Positions 1 through 5,024 of a stretch of DNA of 5,024 nt are shown here, one piece after another; position 1 is the first letter of the stretch; each line of letters begins with the position of its first letter. The notes under the pieces are model-generated. The model was not told where the DNA came from and ran no database searches. It saw only the letters and a list, made by a program, of their open reading frames with translations. The stretch spans positions 1-5,024 of the forward strand of contig CAYWGS010000109.1 in the NCBI GenBank assembly GCA_964457525.1, read 5' to 3'. The stretch is from an uncultured Erysipelotrichaceae bacterium. Lineage in GTDB: Bacteria; Bacillota_I; Bacilli_A; Erysipelotrichales; Erysipelotrichaceae. The translations under genes were made by a program, and so were the position numbers.

Positions 1-95
1 ATAGATAATCAGTAAAATACGCTTTAATATAATGCTTTTAAGCGAATTTACTTAGAAGTAGTTTGTTAAGATTTCTTCATAAATAAGTATTGTTG

Positions 96-124
96 TTGAA
101 GTAAAATGAATCCTTTTGTAATAT
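96..124 (+). promoter_or_regulatory. Putative sigma-70/SigA-type promoter for arsC and downstream genes
   Basis: TTGAAG (96-101), a 17-nt spacer, then TAATAT (119-124), with TG at 117-118 just upstream. It lies about 38 nt upstream of the arsC ATG. Each hexamer matches consensus at 4/6. In AT-rich DNA such matches arise by chance. Confidence 0.3.
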
Positions 125-161
125 ATAGACAAACATCAATATGTGATAAGGAAATAGAACA

Positions 162-590
162 ATGAGAAATATATTATTTGTATGTATCCATAACTCAGCA
201 CGTAGTCAAATGGCAGAAGCATTCCTCAATCGTTTAGGTGAAGGAAAATTTATCTCTGAAAGCGCAGGGATCGAAGCAGGCAATTTAAATCCGCTTGTTG
301 TGAAGGCAATGGCTGAAATTGGATATGATTTAAGTCAGAATAAAACCAAATCTGTATTCGATTTCCATAAACAAGGAAAAACGTATTGGTCAGTTATAAA
401 GGTATGTGATCAAGCCAATGGAGAAAGATGTCCTATCTTCCCAGGTACAGTAAATAATTTCAATTGGAACTTACCGGATCCTTCCGCATTACAAGGAACT
501 GAGGAAGAAAAGATGGTTGAAATCCGTAAGATTCGTGATCAAGTTAAATTAAAGGTAGAAGAATTTATTCGTGATTATGAATCTGTTTAA
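162..590 (+). CDS. arsC: Arsenate reductase, thioredoxin-coupled LMW protein-tyrosine-phosphatase family (ArsC)
   Basis: 142-aa ORF. The N-terminal P-loop C8-IHNSA-R14-S15 fits CX5R(S/T), within 'ILFVCIHNSARSQMAE'. A downstream cysteine pair C82/C90 ('VCDQANGERCP') matches the Cys82/Cys89 relay of the S. aureus pI258 type ArsC, and 'LPDP' supplies the catalytic Asp. AAGGAA SD at 148-153 lies 8 nt before the ATG. Stop is TAA. Confidence 0.9.
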   Translation: MRNILFVCIHNSARSQMAEAFLNRLGEGKFISESAGIEAGNLNPLVVKAMAEIGYDLSQNKTKSVFDFHKQGKTYWSVIKVCDQANGERCPIFPGTVNNFNWNLPDPSALQGTEEEKMVEIRKIRDQVKLKVEEFIRDYESV

Positions 591-915
591 AAAAACAATG
601 TATGAAGCGATAGGAACTGGATTACTATCGCTTCTTATTAGTGCTTCAGGTTATGTTGGTTATACTCTTTCAAATGGAAATATTGGATTTTCACTTCTAG
701 TGAATAGTATTATTACAGGCATTGGTCTCTATAGTTTAATTGTATACTTTAGACCATTAAGTGGTGCAGAGTTTAATCCATTGGTTAGTTTTCTATTAGT
801 AATCAAAGGAAAGAATTCTCTTCTTGAGGCAATCTTAAAGAGTTTAGGACAAGTTGTTGGGGCTGTTGTTGGAGTAATATTTATGCATCTTCTATTTGAT
901 CTTGCCATCATATAA
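571..915 (+). CDS. MIP/aquaporin-family channel, N-terminal hemipore (TM1-TM3 plus loop-B re-entrant helix); ends at an in-frame TAA
   Basis: The ORF contains 'AIGTGLL' (compare the AEF.GT TM1 motif) and 'SGAEFNPLVSF' (compare the canonical SGxHxNPAVT loop-B signature). It has three hydrophobic TM-length segments. The start is uncertain: GTG571 or ATG577 (both overlapping the arsC 3' end) or ATG598 (7 nt after the arsC stop). None has a good SD, which suggests translational coupling to arsC. TAA at 913-915 is in the same frame as the next ORF. Confidence 0.75.
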   Translation: MIMNLFKKTMYEAIGTGLLSLLISASGYVGYTLSNGNIGFSLLVNSIITGIGLYSLIVYFRPLSGAEFNPLVSFLLVIKGKNSLLEAILKSLGQVVGAVVGVIFMHLLFDLAII

Positions 916-921
916 TCTTCA

Positions 922-1233
922 ATGACAATTCGTTCATCGTATACACTCTGGATAAGTGAATTACTTTCTTCAATTATCCTTCTCATCGTTATTTTAAGAA
1001 CATTTGAATTGAATGATCATCAAACAGGAATGTTTATTGGAAGTATTGTAATGATTGGGTATTGGATAACACCTTCCACATTCTTTGTTAATCCTGCACT
1101 AACCTTCGCAAGAACGCTTACGAATACGTTTGTTGGAATACGATTGATCGATGCATTTATTTTTATTTTATTTCAATGTTTAGCTTTACTCTTATTTGTT
1201 GGGTTAAAAAAGAAGTTAAAATCAACTCAATAA
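922..1233 (+). CDS. MIP/aquaporin-family channel, C-terminal hemipore (TM4-TM6 plus loop-E re-entrant helix)
   Basis: Same reading frame as 571-915, since (922-571) is divisible by 3. Only TAA-TCT-TCA separates them. The ORF has three hydrophobic segments and the second NPA box 'FFVNPALTFAR' (N57-P58-A59, nt 1090-1098), then a basic C-tail 'GLKKKLKSTQ'. There is no SD upstream of ATG922. The two ORFs read together give about 220 aa, the normal MIP length. Confidence 0.75.
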   Translation: MTIRSSYTLWISELLSSIILLIVILRTFELNDHQTGMFIGSIVMIGYWITPSTFFVNPALTFARTLTNTFVGIRLIDAFIFILFQCLALLLFVGLKKKLKSTQ

Positions 1234-1267
1234 ATAATTATTCGGTATAATACAAGAGAGGTGTATT

Positions 1268-3602
<2,335 letters not shown>

Positions 3603-3607
3603 AAAAT

Positions 3608-3635
3608 AGGCGGACTCTTAAAGTCCGTCTATTTT
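3608..3635. terminator. Bidirectional rho-independent terminator shared by the convergent bglA and ATPase genes
   Basis: Stem AGGCGGACT (3608-3616) pairs with AGTCCGTCT (3622-3630), giving 9 bp including one G.U, around the loop CTTAA. It is followed by ATTTT on the + strand. AAAAAAT (3601-3607) precedes it, which reads as AUUUUUU on the minus-strand transcript. The right arm overlaps the ATPase stop codon (3629-3631). Confidence 0.75.
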
Positions 3636-4828
3636 AATAAGAAATCAATTATGTGTATTATTTCAATGCCATCAATATTTCCGGTTGCCATTCTATTTGC
3701 GGTAATTAGAACTTTCTTGTATGAGTCAGGTATTTTAAGCAAATTACTTGTTTCACGATTACTATTGTGTGGAATATCAAATGCTACCTGATAATACACA
3801 GTCTCATTCGGTTTTGTACATACAAAGTCAATTTCCAATGAATCCAATTTTCCGACAGAAACTTCATATCCTCTTCGAATTAACTCCAAATATACAATAT
3901 TTTCAAGAATTGACCCAAAATTACCTCTGTTTCTTCCAATTGAGACATTTCTAAGTCCAATATCAATACAGTAGTATTTATGTTGGCTTTTTAAATGTTC
4001 TTTACCGCGTATATTGAATCGTTTTGCTTTATAAATAATAAATGAGCTTTCAAGTAATTGTAAATAAGCATCAATTGTTTCATTTCGAGTCTTAAAACCA
4101 TTTGAACTTAATGTGTTAGCAATCGAATTGCTTGTGACTGAATTACCAATATTATCAAATATAAACGCAACTAATTTCTCAAGAAGATTTCCATCCTTTA
4201 TATTACCTCTTAACATGACATCTTTTAAAATAATACTGTTATAAATTCCTTTTATTACATCATCTACAATGCTCTCATTATTCAATAGTGCGACAGAAGG
4301 GAATGAGCCATTTCGTATATATTCTTCATAATACATATCAACTTTAGTGGGATCATTATAGTTTTTAAAAACCAAAAATTCTTTAAATGAAAGAGGCATA
4401 ACTTTGATTTCTACATATCTGCCTGATAGATAAGTGGAAAGTTCTCCTGAAAGTAAATTAGCATTTGAACCTGTGATATAGATATCACAATCCAATTTTA
4501 CTCTCAATCCATTGATTAATTTTTGCCAAGCATTTACTTCTTGGATCTCATCAAACAAAAAATAATATCGTTGACTTACTTCTGTGTACTTAAGTAAGTA
4601 CTCATACAAACTTTTATCGTTTAAATAATTTTGAAAATCAGGATGTTCAAAATTTATGAAAATTATCTGGCTTTTATCAATGTTTTCGCTAAGTAAGTAC
4701 TTTTCAAATAATCTTAAGATGCTAGATTTACCCGATCGTCTTACTCCGGTGATGACTTTTATAAAGTCAGTATCTTTAAACTCAATTAGCTTATCCAAAT
4801 AAATGTTTCTGTTCAATTGTGTTTCCAT
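3629..4828 (-). CDS. AAA+ superfamily ATPase with C-terminal DUF4143 / PD-(D/E)xK-like domain (COG1373-type, AAA_14 + DUF4143 architecture); function unknown
   Basis: 399-aa ORF. Walker A 'GVRRSGKSS' spans residues 28-36 (nt 4721-4747) and Walker B 'FLFDEIQ' spans residues 90-96 (nt 4541-4561). The N-terminus 'NIYLDKL..F....IKVITG.RR.GKS' is characteristic of this family. The C-terminal block 'LENIVYLELIRRGYEVSVGKLDSLEIDFVCTK..VYYQVAF' (residues about 306-349, nt 3782-3913) matches the family's restriction-endonuclease-like core. Here the third motif reads QVA rather than ExK. Stop is TAG. Confidence 0.9.
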   Translation of the reverse strand: METQLNRNIYLDKLIEFKDTDFIKVITGVRRSGKSSILRLFEKYLLSENIDKSQIIFINFEHPDFQNYLNDKSLYEYLLKYTEVSQRYYFLFDEIQEVNAWQKLINGLRVKLDCDIYITGSNANLLSGELSTYLSGRYVEIKVMPLSFKEFLVFKNYNDPTKVDMYYEEYIRNGSFPSVALLNNESIVDDVIKGIYNSIILKDVMLRGNIKDGNLLEKLVAFIFDNIGNSVTSNSIANTLSSNGFKTRNETIDAYLQLLESSFIIYKAKRFNIRGKEHLKSQHKYYCIDIGLRNVSIGRNRGNFGSILENIVYLELIRRGYEVSVGKLDSLEIDFVCTKPNETVYYQVAFDIPHNSNRETSNLLKIPDSYKKVLITANRMATGNIDGIEIIHIIDFLLK

Positions 4829-4834
4829 ATTGAT

Positions 4835-4863
4835 ATTCTAAATGAAAATTGTTAAAAAGTAAA
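4835..4863 (-). promoter_or_regulatory. Putative promoter positioned for a leaderless ATPase mRNA
   Basis: On the minus strand: TTTACT (4863-4858), a 17-nt spacer, TAGAAT (4840-4835), then 6 nt (ATCAAT), then ATG (4828-4826). A start 7 nt after the -10 coincides with the A of the start codon. No purine-rich SD occurs in the 25 nt upstream of the ATG. Confidence 0.4.
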
Positions 4864-4870
4864 TATATAT

Positions 4871-4962
4871 GCGGATATAACCGCATAAATGTAATTAAAT
4901 ATAAAAAATTCGGATATAAACGCAATAAAACAATAAAAACAAAATTATGCGGATAAATCCGC
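4871..4962. repeat. Three phased copies of a short palindromic motif (consensus about KCGGATAWAWMCGCA), candidate operator/iteron array
   Basis: Copy 1 is GCGGATATAACCGC (4871-4884). Copy 2 is TCGGATATAAACGC (4910-4923, degenerate). Copy 3 is GCGGATAAATCCGC (4949-4962), a perfect 6-bp inverted repeat GCGGAT-AA-ATCCGC. Start-to-start spacing is 39 bp in both cases. Each copy is followed by CA(A/T)(T/A)A and AT-rich filler. Copy 1 begins 7 bp upstream of the putative -35 of the ATPase promoter. Confidence 0.7.
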
Positions 4963-5024
4963 AATATACTAAAACACTATATTAGAGTAATTAGTAATCG
5001 ACTTTATAACAAGCAGCTCAATGA

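Noticed and set aside
20-44. Possible terminator hairpin of an upstream gene (CGCTT ... AAGCG)
   Set aside because: The stem is only 5 bp with a 15-nt loop and no following T-run. That is too weak to call.
133-147. Overlapping short palindromes (ACAT-N4-ATGT, ATCA-N5-TGAT) between the arsC -10 and SD as an ArsR operator
   Set aside because: The arms are only 4 bp, no arsR gene is in the window, and such palindromes are expected by chance in AT-rich sequence.
913-915. TAA as a recoded or read-through codon, or an alternative genetic code
   Set aside because: TAA ends arsC, the second MIP half and bglA at family-typical C-termini, and TGA and TAG also act as stops. I see no recognisable recoding signal downstream. 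Low-level read-through cannot be excluded, but it is not supported by the sequence.
729-986. 85-aa minus-strand ORF spanning the MIP split site
   Set aside because: It lies entirely antisense to the MIP halves, which carry clear family motifs. It has no recognisable motif, SD or promoter, and looks like a typical shadow ORF in AT-rich coding DNA.
1246-1251. Perfect TATAAT upstream of the hydrolase gene as a promoter
   Set aside because: It has no -35 at 16-18 nt and no TG extension. The predicted start near 1258 would fall inside the GAGAGG SD (1256-1261). It is probably a chance match in AT-rich DNA.
3748-3954. 68-aa plus-strand ORF inside the ATPase gene
   Set aside because: It is antisense to the conserved DUF4143 region of the ATPase, with no motif or SD. 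It is a shadow ORF.
4869-4968. The three spaced repeats as a mini CRISPR array
   Set aside because: The repeats are only about 15-17 nt, degenerate between copies and just three in number. The 'spacers' are low-complexity AT-rich sequence that is partly similar between units, and no cas genes are present. This fits operator or iteron-type sites better.

Overview
AT-rich (about one-third G+C by eye), low-GC Gram-positive-like chromosomal segment using the standard bacterial code; TAA, TGA and TAG all act as stops. The + strand carries a tightly packed, apparently terminator-free gene string. It holds a thioredoxin-type LMW-PTP arsenate reductase (arsC, 162-590) and a MIP/aquaporin-family channel whose 5' end overlaps or abuts arsC. 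The channel is cut into two ORFs (571-915 and 922-1233) by one in-frame TAA. The string continues with an alpha/beta-fold hydrolase (1268-2107) and a GH1 6-phospho-beta-glucosidase (2142-3602). A bidirectional rho-independent terminator (3608-3635) separates it from a convergent minus-strand gene (3629-4828). That gene encodes a COG1373-type AAA+ ATPase with a DUF4143 / PD-(D/E)xK-like C-terminal domain. It has no Shine-Dalgarno sequence, a promoter-like element placed for a leaderless transcript, and three 39-bp-phased copies of a GCGGAT..ATCCGC palindrome upstream. The most unusual item is the arsC-coupled MIP, which is split exactly at the boundary of its two internal hemipore repeats and has atypical pore motifs (NPL, and NPAL lacking the filter Arg). 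It may be a fresh nonsense pseudogene or a genuine two-chain half-aquaporin, and sequence alone cannot decide. I see no clearly novel multi-gene system.
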